From Squalus acanthias (taxonomy: Eukaryota): a stretch of DNA of 64,000 nt. The DNA lies in NCBI GenBank assembly GCA_030390025.1, contig CM059433.1, positions 9,984,001-10,048,000 of the forward strand, read 5' to 3'. The first letter of the stretch is position 1; the number at the start of each line of letters is the position of its first letter. Shown here in pieces: positions 45,044 to 57,610 of this stretch. The notes beneath the pieces were generated by a model. It was not told the origin of the DNA. It did not search any database and worked only from the letters and a program-made list of their open reading frames with translations. The translations under genes and the position numbers were made by a program.

Positions 45044-45964
45044 TATAAATTTATCGAACAGAAGTGCTGCCGTGTTTCGCCGCTTTTATCGTCTTACTAT
45101 CTCATTCTAACTGTGCGGTGTGATGCTTGTACTGCTAATCTGCTTGACCCAAACACTCGTAACCTTGTCTCCTCACATGTAATGGGGTCAGCCGCACTCG
45201 TTGTGTAAATTCTGTGTCACTGGAGCTAACCCATCAACTATCTTGGATTTAATCATCCGAGTGATTGTATTTAGAATGAGGGTTGCAAACCCACTGCTGT
45301 AAGTGGGAACTTCTAAAAGGTAAACTGGACACCAAAGCCCAGAAATGACTGTTGGCGACACTAACAGGAAAATGCTTCGTGCATTCGTCAGACATTCCTC
45401 TGTTTGCTGCTTTAGTGGAGTTAATAACCCATTCAAAAAAAAAGAGGTTGAAGTCGGCCTTAGAATGCCGGACAGGGGAACTTTAAGCGTTATCCCCGAT
45501 AGGGGTACATTCTGCTGGAGCGGGGATCGTGCTCTACTACAGTTAGGTTATTATATTCGTGCCGGTGATTTTTCTGATCGTTGCCAGCTGTGTGCAAGGT
45601 ACCACCAAGGGGCATGGGGGGGCGGGGGGGGGGTGGTCTCTTAAAATTCACCCCAGAGCAGCAGCAGTCATTTCTAGGCTCAAAAGTAATTTTTGTGTTT
45701 TAGGCTCTTTGCTGCTGTGTGTTTTGATGTGGCCTGTGGTGAATTTTCACCGGCAGCAAATCAAGAATCAGGACTCAAGTTTATCGTCGCAGTGCCTGCC
45801 TTGCCCTTGTTCTGCCCCCCTCCACCCATCCCCGCCCCCCCCCCCCCCCCCCCCCATGGTCCAGAAGATCGCAGCCCTACTTAGAATGGCACAATCCAGA
45901 CATCGGAATAAATACTTCCATCAGAACCATTCCTGATGGCAAATGGCGGACAATGAACTGTCGG

Positions 45965-46254
45965 CTCTGTGTTAAACCCAGGATCCCATGTAGATCCCGC
46001 GGCACTATTTCGAAGAAGAGCAGGGGAGTTATCCCCGGTGTCCTGAGGCCAATATTTATCCCTCAACCAACATAACAAAAAACAGATTATCTGGTCATTG
46101 TCACATTGCTGTTTGCGGGAGCTTGCTGTGCGCAAATTGGCTGCCGCGTTTCCCCACATCACAACACTTCAAAAAATACTTCATTGGCTGTAAAGCGCTT
46201 TGAGATGTCCGGTGATCGGGAAAGGCGCTATAGAAATGCAAGTCTTTCTTTCTT
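45965..46254 (+). mobile_element. SacSINE1-like Deu SINE, 5'-truncated
   Basis: Homologous to 38940-39415. Confidence 0.9.
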
Positions 46255-47236
46255 TTAAACGGTGTCTCCAGAATGAACAGCGGTGAAACATTGCAGGCTG
46301 TCTGGCTTTGTTACTGAGCTACAATGAAAAGACCAGGCATGTATGAAATAGCATAACCACACTGGAGCAGCGAGAAGTCTCCTCATAAACCATTTAACGG
46401 CAAGCTCTGGGGTCCCAAAAGCTTAAGGCAGAGACCACTCTCGGGCAGCTCGCACCCAAGCACTTACTCATCTTAACCAGTCGCCTACACACTGAAGCTG
46501 AAACAGGTTTCAAAGTGAACGTTTTCCACTTACTGAGGGCAGCCATCGATCGCTGTTGGGGAGATCATTAACGGCCTTTTCTCACCAGAGCGTGATGTCA
46601 TGCTGCTCCGTGTTGTCTGAAGTTACATGGACGTCTAAGTCTGTGGCTTTAAACATTTACCAGAACAGCCATTAATGATAACTGGGGCTCGGTACTGTAA
46701 ATGCTAAGTACGCACTCCTGTGCACGCTTCTCAAGTGCTTCACATGTTTGTGGAGTGCTCCTCATTCCCAGTGGGAATTTCTCTTTCCGCCACCACTACT
46801 GCCGCCCCCCCCACCCCGTCACTCCCCTCCACATTGCCACCGAACATTCGAAGTTGTTTCTACGTGCTCATTTCTTCTTTTTAAAGACTAAAAACATGTG
46901 CACTGGTCATCCTTCAGTTCTTCCTTCCTCGGTTGAACAACGAGCCGCAGTAAAAACAAATCACGTAGCGCATGCATTAAATTCACAATCAATTTGTCCG
47001 CTGCACGTTGCAACAACAAAAAAAGCGCTACCTAGCTGGCCCGCTGTTCACCTTTTAAGGAGCTGGCACATTTAGCGCTTCTGCGATTTCCGATGTCTGT
47101 GCGCCGGTTTCTTACATTTACATCGCAACGGCTGGCTTCCTCAGCCAGACAGCAGAACCCATGAAAGTGTGCCCCTGGGGATAAGGGAGCTTGTTGTAGC
47201 AATGTCAATGTGGGGCCTGGTTCACGGATGTTGGCG

Positions 47237-48460
47237 TCATAGAATCATGGAATAGTACAGCACAGAAAGAGGCCATTCAGCCCATCGAGTCTGTGCCGGC
47301 TCTTTCGAAGAGCAATCCAGTTAGTCCCACTTGCCTGCTCTTTCCCCATATCCTTGCAATATTTTCTCCTTCAAGTACTTATCAAATTCCCTTCTGCACC
47401 GCCTCTAAGACAAGTACGTCCTTCCTCAGATAAGAAGACCAAAACTGTGCACAGTACCCCAGGTGTGGTCTCACCAAAGCCCTGTATAATTGTAATAAGA
47501 TTTCCTTACTCTTGTACTCCATCCCCTTGCAATAAAGGCCAACATGCCATTTGCCTTCCTAATTGCTTTCTGTACCTGCTTGCTAGCTTTCTGTGTTTCC
47601 TGTACGAGGACGCCTAAATCTCTCTGAACACCAACATTTAATAGTTTCTCACCATTTAAAAAATATTCTGTTTTTCTATTCTTCCTACCAAATTGAATAA
47701 CCTCACATTTCACCACATTATACTCCATCTGCCACCTTATTGCCCACTCACTTAACCTGTCTATATCCCTTTGCATCCTCTTTGTGTCCTCCTCATAGCT
47801 TACTTTCCCACCTAGCTTTGTATCGTCAGCAAACTTGGATACAGTACACTTGGTCCCTTCATCTAAGTCATTAATATAGATTGTAAACAGCTGAGGCCCA
47901 AGCACTGATCCCTATGGCACCCCACTAGTTACAGACTGCCAATCGGAAAATGACCCATTTATTCCTACTCTCTGTTTTTTGTCCGTTGACTAATCCTCTA
48001 TCCATGCTAATATATTACCCCCAACCCCATGAGCCCTTATCTTGTGTAGCAACCTTTTATGTGGCAACTTATCGAATGCCTGTCAGAAATCCAAATATAC
48101 TACATCCACTGGGTCTCCTTTATCTACCCTGCTAGTTACATCCTCAAAAAACTTTAATAAATTTGTTAAACATGATTTCCCTTTCACAAAACCATGTTGA
48201 CTCTGCCTAATCATATTATGATTTTCTAAGTGCCCTGTTACCACTTCCTTAATAATGGATTCCAGCATTTTCCCGACGACTGATGTCAGGCGAACTGGCC
48301 TGTAGTTCCCTGTTTTCTCTCTCTCCCTCCTTTCTTGAATAGTGGGGTTACATTTGCTACCTTCCAATCCACGGAGACCGTTCTGGAATCTAGGGAATTT
48401 TGGAAGATCACAACCAATGCATCCACTATCTCTGCAGCCACCTCTTTTAGAATTCTAGGG
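47237..48460 (-). mobile_element. CR1 fragments (3' tail 47237-47390; RT 47390-48460)
   Basis: NYRPVRLTSVVGKMLESII, LGPQLFTIYINDLD, SKFADDTKLGG. Confidence 0.9.
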
Positions 48461-48764
48461 TGAAGTGCCTTGGGATGTTTTTATTATATTAAAGGCACAA
48501 AATAAATGCTAATTGTTGCTTTTGTTGTTTATAGAATTGTCCATAAAGTGTTTGGCCCCTTTCACAGTATAGCTGTAAGTCTGAAGCTGCTGTCAACCAA
48601 AGTCATTTTTACCCTTCTAGACCCATGGGTCTCAGGCAATCAACGGCATTCTCCGGCCTACACAAAGCTGAAGACAGCTGGGACAACCACTTCTTCATGA
48701 GATCTGCTATCTCCCCTGTTGGTTTGCTGAATGATGCTGAGACACTTCAGATTCTGTTGTCATT

Positions 48765-49958
48765 TAAAAAAAAAAAAATTTTTAATTTGTTTTTATTGGA
48801 TCTGGGCGTCGCTGGCAAGGCCAGCATTTATTGCCCATCCCTAATTGCCCTTCAGAAGGTGGTGGTGAGCCGCCTTCTTGAACCGCTACAGTCCGTGTGG
48901 TGAAGGCACTCCCACAGTGCTGTTAGGGAGGGAGTTCCAAGATTTTGACCTAGCGACGATGAAGGATCGGCAATACACTTCTAAGTCAGGATGGTGTGTG
49001 ACTTGGAGGGGAACTTAGAGGTGGTGGTGTTCCTATGCGCCTGCTGCCCTTGTCCTTCTAGGTGGAAGAGGCCACGGGTTTGGTAGGTGCTGCCAAAGAA
49101 GCCTTGGTGAGTTGCTGCAGTGCATCTTGTAGATGGTACACACTGCAGCCACGGTACACCGGTGGTGGAGGGAGTGAATGTTTAAGGTGGTGGATAGGGT
49201 GCCAATCAAGTGGGCTGCTTTGTCCTGGATGGTGTCGAGATTCTTGAGTGTTGTTGGAGCTGCACTCATCCAGGCAAGTGGAGAGTATTCCATCACACTC
49301 CTTACTTGTGTCTTATAGATGGTGGAAAGGCTTTGGGGAGATAGCAGGTGAGACACTCGACGCAGAATACCTAGCCTCTGACTTGCTCTTGTTGCCACAG
49401 TATTTATGTGGCTGGTCCAGTTAAGTTTCTGGTCAATGGTGACCCCCAGAATGTTGATGGTGGGGGATTCGGCGATGGTAATGACGTTGAATGTCAAGGG
49501 GCGGTGGTTAGACTCTCTCTTGTTGGAGATAGTCATTGCCTGGCACTTCTGCGGCGCAAATGTTACCTGCCACTTATCAGCCCAAGCCTGAATGTCATCC
49601 AGGTCTTGTTGCATGCGGGCATGGACTGCTTCATTATCTGAGGAGTTGCGAATGGTGCTGAACACTGTGCAGTCATCAGCGAACATCCCTGTTTCTGACC
49701 TTATGTTGGAGGGAAGGTCATTGATGAAGCAGTTGAAGATGGTTGGGTCTAGGACACTGCCCTGAGGAACTCCTGCAGTGATGTCCTGGGGCTGTGATGA
49801 TTGACCTTCAACCTCCACAACCATCATCCTTTGTGCTAAGTATGACTCCAGCCAGTAGAGAGTTTTCCCCCCGATTCCCATTGACTTCAGTTTTACTAGA
49901 GCTCCTTGATGCCACACTCGGTCAAATGCTGCCTTGATGTCAAGGGCAGTCACTCTCA
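48765..49958 (-). mobile_element. CR1/Jockey-group LINE ('family B'), 5'-truncated, open RT frame
   Basis: 308-aa ORF 49033-49959 with ALDIKAAFD, GVPQGSVL and MFADD; same tail as 3480-3578. Confidence 0.92.
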
Positions 49959-50084
49959 ATGCAAAGTAAGATCATGACATGACCCCACTGACACATAGCA
50001 CTAGCTCAGCACTAACTGGCATGGCCCACCTGCTGCATGCAATTATATCACGGCCGACAAACAGAAACCAAAACAAGGAGGCAG

Positions 50085-50747
50085 TGTAGGATTATTTATT
50101 GACTTTCAGACTTCCCACATTAGGTGTTTGAGTGGGTTTCATTGACCTGAATCCACCTTAACAGAGAACCACACAGATGCAGTATCTCTCACAGAGATAT
50201 TTTATTTGACCACTAACACACAGATTCAAGAAAAACCCAATAGAACCTGTCCTGGAGTCTTCAAGTGCCAGTGGCCAAACTGACGATCACTTGAAGTCTG
50301 TTGAAATCTTTAGACGCCTTCCCTTTGTTAGACCAGGATTCGTTTATCCTGGCCGACGGCAGTAAAAAAAACTAGGTATCGTGTCAGTTCTTATATTTTT
50401 TGTGTTCAAAACTTCTCTCGTGGTTCTCACACATATACCTCAATGATTGGCTCATTCAGGTATGGCTTTTCCCCTTGTCGTTCATAGTTGGTTCAAAGTT
50501 TAGTGGGATTACTTCATCATGCGTGTCACTTGTTGTAGTTTAATGAGGGTCTTATCTCAAGACAGTGTTGGTCGGTTCCACTGGTTCCATAGCAACCGCA
50601 GATTTGTCCTTGGTTACAACTGCTTCTTTTGTCCGAGTAATGTCAGTTAAAAATGTTCCTCCATATTCCTGTTTGCAACTTGCATTTTAAAGTGGTATAG
50701 CCATAATTAAAAGTTCTCCTTTGTATTAAAGTTCTTATTTTCCTTCA
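50085..50747 (-). mobile_element. Solo LTR (ERV- or Gypsy-type)
   Basis: TG…CA ends with short inverted repeat (tgtagga / tccttca); 4-bp TSD GCAG (50081-50084, 50748-50751); on the minus strand CCAAT (50446-50450), TATAA (50391-50395) and AATAAA (50201-50206) lie in U3-R-U5 order. Confidence 0.8.
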
Positions 50748-51037
50748 GCAGTATAAACGTGGGAAGGTGACACAGATGGAACGCTATGCGATCTCACTCC
50801 CTATTCTTGATCTTGCTGGTCCCGTCAGGTAAAAGCACCTCAAACACTCAATAATGGTGATTCCAGATACCTCGGGAAATCTTGTTTGCACAGGTAAAGC
50901 CCCCACTTTCTGCTGCTGGTCAAAGTCAGTCCTCCATTAGTGAAATGAAACTCCACCTCAAGTGTCATTACACCAGGCCCTGGATGATCCAGAAAGATGA
51001 TCATTTTTAATGGGAAATGAACTGTGAAAGATAACTG

Positions 51038-51610
51038 AAATAAAAACAGAAAATGCTGGAGATACTCAGCAGGTCAGGCAGCATCTGTGAAGAGAGAAAC
51101 AGAGTTAACGTTTCAGGTCGATGAGCTTTCGTCAGAACTGGAAAAAAGCAGGAAATGGAACAGATTTTTAAGCAAGTGTGGGAGCTGGGAAAGGGGGGAG
51201 GGGTTGAAAGAACAAAAGGGAAGGTCTGTGATAGGATAGAAGGCAGGAGAGGTTAAGAGACATTAAGAGATATTCAAGGCAAAAGGAGATGGTAATGGGA
51301 CAGGTTAAAAAATAAAAGATGGCTCTAGATGAAGTGTAAATTGTGCTGGCAGAATGAAGGACAGCTGCCACGTGGGAGAGAAGAAAAAATAAGGGTGGAA
51401 AAAAAATATATATGATAGGGGCCGAGGTTATGATCTGAAATTGTTGAACTCTATGTTGAGTCCAGAGGGCTGTAAAGTGCCTAATCAAAAGATGAGGTGC
51501 TGTTCCTCGAGCTTACGTTGAGCTTCCGTGGAACAATGCAAGAGGCCGAGGACGGTGAGGTCTGAGTGGGAGTGGAGCGGAGAATTAAAGTGGCAGGAAT
51601 TGAGAATTAA
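51038..51610 (-). mobile_element. Penelope-like element (family 1) 3' fragment
   Basis: GIY-YIG C-terminal remnant, hammerhead motif 51103-51139, and 15-bp TSD tgtgaaagataactg (51023-51037, 51611-51625). Confidence 0.92.
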
Positions 51611-52142
51611 TGTGAAAGATAACTGGTAGTTATCAACAGACAATTAATGAGCTCAGTAGCACCAAAATTGCAATGGTTCTAAAGTTTTTTACGGCTGTGC
51701 TTAGTCCTGACAATACACAAGGAAGAGATGCAAAGCTACGCAGTAACATTTTAGTAAAGGAGCTGATCGACAATTGGGAATCACGTAATAGCAACAATTT
51801 ATTCTGTTGCGTGGTACCCGTTGAGAACGGCAACTCCTACCTAGACACACTGGATTAAAAGGAAGTGGATTTGAAAATAAAACCAGCAGAAGGAACTTGA
51901 TTAGCATCTGTTGGATCTGTAATTCATTACTGTTCGAAGTGAGTGCTCCGGTTCAGGGCGAAGTTGCAATCAGCGGGTATTGTCTGAACCTGATTAGTAA
52001 AGCAAGCATGCGAACCATCCACATCTTACATGGACAGTCCATGTTTCCCACCAGGTGCCCATGTTTGCTGACAAATGACAGCGGGGAGTAGAATTTCCTG
52101 CGCTTCCCCGAAAATACTCCAGCAAAGCTGTTCTATGTGTTT

Positions 52143-52510
52143 ATAGAATAAAATCATAGAATAGCACAGGACAGAAGGAGGCCATTCGGCCCATCGAGTC
52201 TGCGTCGGCTCTTTCGAAGAGCAGTCCGGTTAGTCCCACTCCCCTCGGCTCTTTCCCCCATATCCCTGCAATTTTTTTCTCCTTCAAGTATTTATCAAAT
52301 TCCCTTTTTGAAGGCTACTAGTGAACCTGTATCCACCGCCCTATCAGGCAGTGCGTTCCAAATCCTAACCACTCGTTGCGTAAAAAGGATTTTCCTCATG
52401 TTCTTTTGCCAATCACCTTCAATGTGTTCCCTCTGGTTATTGACCTTTCAGCCACTGGAAAATGCTCCTCTTTATTTACTCTATCTAAATCCTTCATGAT
52501 TATAAACACC
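52143..52510 (-). mobile_element. CR1 3' fragment
   Basis: Homologous to 41642-42030. Confidence 0.85.
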
Positions 52511-53397
52511 TCTTTGCCAGAACCTGAATGCCATGGAGTCCCCTAAATCCTACCCTTTCTGATAATCTAAAGACGAACAACATAAACATAATTTATGACC
52601 TCATTAGATGGCTCCTACTCTTCAAAGTCAGCAACAAGTTGGAAGCACCCAGGGATTAAGTGGATTCATTTCATTGGGGTGTAGTACATTAGTGTTTGTG
52701 ATTCAACAGTTAGTAGATCAGATCCAGTTCGATGCCGTGTAAATTAAGTAAACTAAGTAATAGGCAGAAGAGAGGCCAAAAGTCCTTCCACTACGTCCCC
52801 CACCTTAACTCCAGATCAGTAGAAGGGCTGCAAATTAGGCTGGGACCAGACATATTCAGGTCCCGGCCTTTCCTGGGAGTTTGTTGGGGCCTCTTCTAGG
52901 GATAGAGCCTCTGCCAACCTCAAACAAGGCCAGTGACGTAGAATGGAGCATGACTGGGAGGTGTGGGGTCTCCCAGACTGGAGGTCCATGGCTTGGCTGG
53001 ACATCAACAGGCCAGTACACCAAATGAAGGCAGATTTGGGGCTCCCCTTAGCGTCCAGGCTTGGTTTGTGGCCTGGATCCCTGAAGCAGTCAGGAACAAA
53101 GACATTTTTTTTTAACCCACTTATAAAGGGTTAAAATGGGGAAATGCAGGGATCTTTTTGGGGAGAAGGGGGAACACAGCCTCCTCAGCCCCTCGGAGTG
53201 GGCACACCTCTGCAGTCTATGTCCTCCTCGAGCAGTTGGGTGGCTGAGATGCTCCCCGAGTGACCTACCACTGTCCCCAAAAACATTGGTGAGGTCAGTA
53301 CCCGAAGACATGGGCAAACACATCCCGGCATTTGCACTGGGATGCTGGAGCTGCGGCTTTTCTGCCCCCACGATGTTCAGTTTAGAAGTATGTAAAC

Positions 53398-53890
53398 GGT
53401 AGGCAGATCAGATTCAATTCAGTGCACTGTTAACGGTGGGGCAGATTGGATCTAGTTCAATTTTACATTGTGCTTCGTGCTGTGCCGATTCTTCTGGCTC
53501 CTGGCGTGCTGGTCTCAAGCAGCCAGTAACAGCTCCAAAATAAACTAAATAAACTTGCCGGATCCCAGTGCAAAACGAGGCACCCCCAGCCACCATCCTT
53601 AGTAAATCGAACACCTTTACTTCGGTATTGCCAGCAATAGCATAGCACTGGAACAATATAAAAACAGCTTTAGTGTAAATAATGGGCAGATTTGATTCCA
53701 TTCTAAGCAGCGTATTAGATACAGTGCATGTAATAGACTGGATGTAGTTCAATACAGTGCGCATAATAGATTGTTCAGTTTGACGCAGTGTTAACAGCTG
53801 ATAGATTAGATTCAGTTCAGCTCAGTATAATGGTACTAAGAGGTAGATTAGATCAGCAAATACGGGGGGTAACAGTAGGTAGATTGCCAA
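53398..53890. repeat. Degenerate minisatellite, about 35-40-bp unit
   Basis: Recurrent agattagattcagttcaa…cagtgttaacag…ggc motif at about 53400, 53440, 53685, 53735, 53770, 53800 and 53845. Confidence 0.55.
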
Positions 53891-54959
53891 AGTCCTTCAA
53901 ACAAATAGTTATAGTGGCAAAGATCAGCAGGATTTTAAACTCCATGCACTCCTCGGAGGTCAAGTCAAGAGCCACTAGGGCTCAGTTCTTCTGTGGACAC
54001 ACTGGCGTGACACAGTTCGCCTGTACCTGTGTTGCTGCATTGCCCTGGCTCCGATGCTCGGCAGCACAGATTTTCTTCATACAGGTTGAAATGTTGGGAG
54101 TTCCAGCTTGCTCGGTGGGGCAGTGAACCTTGCTCTGCATCGCTGGTTGCTGCTCACCTCTCTCCCTGTGGAGGCCAGGAGCTCACCAGAAACAGTTCAG
54201 CGAGCGTGGCCCGGGAAGATCCGCCAGGGAAACTGCTCACAGAGGTGAGTCGGCACAAGAGCATGCCAGCCACCAATCCGGCTGAATTCCCACCAGATCA
54301 GAAAATCCAACCCTATATATCTCCCGCTTGCTGTGTTTATATCTGCTTCAGAAATGGTGAAATCCATTACTATGGACTTTCACATACATGTTTTTTCCCC
54401 TGCAATACAAGTGATGGGATCTTGGCTTTACTACACATGTTATGAGAAGCCCGTGTCCTACTGTACGGCCATCACAGTTACATGCTTTAAGTGTCATCGG
54501 CCACGGCTCAGGGAGGTTTTCGAGTTATCTGCTTTTTTGGGTTGAAGTCAGGGTTTTTTGAAAACCAGTTTTCTAGCTCGGCGTGCATGGTAAAGGTGAT
54601 GGTAAATGTTAATTAGGGCCTCAGCTCTCACTGGGAACACAATCGATGGCGTGAGTCCCAATGGCAGGAAAGAGGCGATGAAAGACTTTTTCTTTTTGTG
54701 GTGTCCATCGATGAAAGCCGCAACAAATGAGTTTGATGGGGGCAGTGTCAGCAAATGGTTGTGACACCACGGAGCCACAGGTATGTGGGCAACTCCTTTG
54801 TGACTGGCTTCGGCACACAGAGCAAACAGCATTCAAATTGACCACAATGACATCTTACTATCGGCCAGTTTGCTTTCTTTCTATGGATGGTCTGAGCCTG
54901 AGAAGCTCGTGATGCTACATTTCTACCGCATCCGCATTTGCAGTTGAGTGTTTGCTTAT

Positions 54960-55350
54960 TTCATTGAAACGTATAAAATTCTGACAGGGCTCGCCAGACT
55001 GGATGCAGGGAGGATGTTTCCCCTGGCTGGGGGGTCTAGAACGAGGGGTCACAGTCTCAGGATACAGGGTAGGATATTTAGGACTGAGATGAGGAGAAAT
55101 TTCTTCACTCAGAGGGTGGTGAACCTGTGGAATTCTCTACCACAGAAGGCTGTGGAGGCCAAGTCACTGAATACATTTAAGAAGGAGATAGATAGATTTC
55201 TAGACACAAAAGGCATCAAGGGGTATGGGGAGAGAGCGGGAATATGGTATTGAGATGGAGGATCAGCCATGATCATATTGAATGGCGGAGCAGGCTCGAA
55301 GGGCCGAATGGCCTACTCCTGCTCCTATTTTTCTATGTTTTCTGTTTTCT
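54960..55350 (+). mobile_element. CR1 3' fragment
   Basis: IETYKILTGL…RTRGHSLR…KGYGERAG. Confidence 0.9.
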
Positions 55351-55794
55351 ACGTCACAAGATGGTCATATGTAAATAAAGTTTGTTTCTTCACTTCTCTA
55401 CTTCCCTCCCGCCTCCCCCCCACCCCCCCCCCCCCCCCCAGCAATGGTTCAGAACCCAAATATAAAAGCTCTCCCACCTCTTGAGCTTCGCCTGGACTGT
55501 GAAGTAGGATATTTGCAGCAGACTGTTGTGAACATATAATACAAATGTTCTGCCCTCTTTTCTTCAGGAGTGGAAATCTCAGCACCTGTGGAGGGCTGGT
55601 ATTTAACGCTGCTCAGTGCGGGCCATGTTTCCACTTTCCTGAGGTGTAGACTTCAGTTTTGGAAGTCCGAGCAGTTGAATGTTTGGGATGCCATGACCTG
55701 ATCTGATGAGGTGGCGGTCAGCCATCAAGACAGTTAGGAAACACGGAAGGATTAACTCTCCTCTATGGACAGAATGCATACACCCACCTCAGTC

Positions 55795-56130
55795 TGAACA
55801 TAGGAACATAGGAGTAGGCCATTCAGCCCCTCGAGCCTGTTCCGCCATTCAATGAGATCATGGCTGATCTGCGACCTAACTCCATATATCCGCCTTTGGC
55901 CCATATCCCTTAAAACCTTTGGTTAACAGAAAGCTATCAATCTCCGATCAATTGCCGTTTGCGGAAGAGAGTTCCAAACTTCTACCGCCCTTTGTGTGTA
56001 GAAGTGTTTCCTAATTTCACTCCTGAAAGGTCTGGCTCTAATTTTTAGACCAAGTCCCCTAGTCCGAGACTCCCCAACCAGTGGAAATAGGTTCTCTCTA
56101 TCTACCCTATCTGTTCCCCTTAATATCTTG
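55795..56130 (-). mobile_element. CR1 3' fragment
   Basis: Homologous to 28226-28575; (TATGTTCC)n tail. Confidence 0.9.
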
Positions 56131-56359
56131 ATCTTTCACACCACATGCACATTCCCATTACGAGACTGGTACGGATCACACACTGTCCACAAGACATATA
56201 TCCCAGTCTCGTTTGATCATCACATATTTGAAAAGAGATAACTATAAAAATAACTGAAATATTTCTGGGACACTAACAAATTAGTGTTCCTGGTGCAAAT
56301 CTACCCTTAATTGTATATTCTATCAGCTACTCTAATAGGATGTGGAAAACAGCAGTATT

Positions 56360-57610
56360 TATACATGGGGTCAGTTTCCACATGTACGCTGACGACACCC
56401 AGCTCTACCTCAGCACCACCTCTCTCGACCCCTCCACTGTCTCTAAATTGTCAGACTGCTTGCCCGACATCCAGTTCTGGATGAGCAGAAATTTCCTCCA
56501 ACTAAATATTGTGAAGACCGAAGCCATTGTCTTTGGTCCCCGCCACCAACTCCATTCCCTAACCACTGATTCCATCCGTCTCCCTGGCGACTGTCTGAGG
56601 CTGAACCAGACTGTTTGCAACCTTGGTGTCATATTTGACCCTGAGGCACATATCCATGCCATCACTAAGACCACCTATTTCCACCACCATAGCATCGTCC
56701 GACTCCACCCTGCCTCAGTTCATCCGCTGCTGAAACCCTCATCCATGCCTTTGTTATTTCTAGACTTGACTATTCCAACGCACTCCTGGCCAGCCTCCCA
56801 TGTTCAGCCCTGTGCTCGCTGACCTACATTGGCTCCTGGTTAAGCAACACCTCGATTTCAAAATTCTCATCCTTGTTTTCAAATCCCTCCATGGCCTCGT
56901 CCCTCCCTATCTCTGTAATCTCCTCCAGCCCGACAACCCTCCAAGATATCTGCGCTCCTCAGATTCTGGCCTCTTGAGCATCCCCAGTTTTAATCGCTCC
57001 ATTATTGGCAGTCGTGCCTTCAGCTGCCAAGGCCTTAAGCTCTGGAATTCCCTCCCTAAACCTTTCTGCCTCTCTACCTCTGTTTCCTCCTTTAAGACGC
57101 TCCTTAAAACCTACCTGTTTGATCATCTACCCTAATATCTCCTTATGTGGCTGGTGTCAAATTTTGTTTGATAACGCTCCTGTGAAGCGCCTTGGGACAC
57201 TTTACTACTTTAAAGGCACTACAGGAAACTCTTTATTAACCGGCACCGACGGGACCGGCGTGGTGCCGGTTAATCAAAAAGTCCGGATAATGGAGAGTTA
57301 TATCTCCCAACGTACGAGAGCCCCGTACACACTGACATGCGCCTGCATTCGGAGCTCCGTCTCCCCGGGGACCGCCAGCTGACCATCTGTCGTGTCCGCT
57401 GCCTACCCGGGCTGCACATTCCCCTCCCATTCTACACGCTCCGATACAAAGCAAACGCCTCGGGGTTTTTTTTAAAGTTAATCTTAAACGAGAGATGAAG
57501 GAAAACCCCGGTTACCTACTCAAGAATTTTGCCGGTTAAGAGAGATTTCCGGTTATTTGGGTGCCGGTTAAAAGAGAGTTTCCTGTATATAAATACAAGT
57601 TGTTGTTGTT
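56360..57610 (+). mobile_element. L2 LINE 3' part, tail split by a TA-flanked MITE
   Basis: FHMYADDTQLYLS…, LADLHWLLVKQHLDFKILILVFK; (TTG)n tail. Confidence 0.92.
57222..57585. mobile_element. Tc1/mariner (pogo/Tigger-like) MITE
   Basis: TIR caggaaactctttattaaccggcacc / ggtgccggttaaaagagagtttcctg; TA duplicated (57220-57221, 57586-57587); subterminal ccggtta repeats. Confidence 0.85.

Noticed and set aside
45825..45856. Poly-C/G runs (also 230-247, 55415-55440, 61025-61048) as G-quadruplex elements or polyproline exons
   Set aside because: Simple homopolymer tracts of uncertain length with no supporting context.
51633..51907. Overlapping short ORFs in unique sequence
   Set aside because: No recognisable motif or consistent splice-site pair.
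54084..54244. Apparent exon (ttttcttcatacAG … GAG|GTGAGT)
   Set aside because: No recognisable peptide, and the segment ends in a MITE-like terminus (gaaaatccaaccc, 54301-54313), so it is probably a repeat-derived splice motif.
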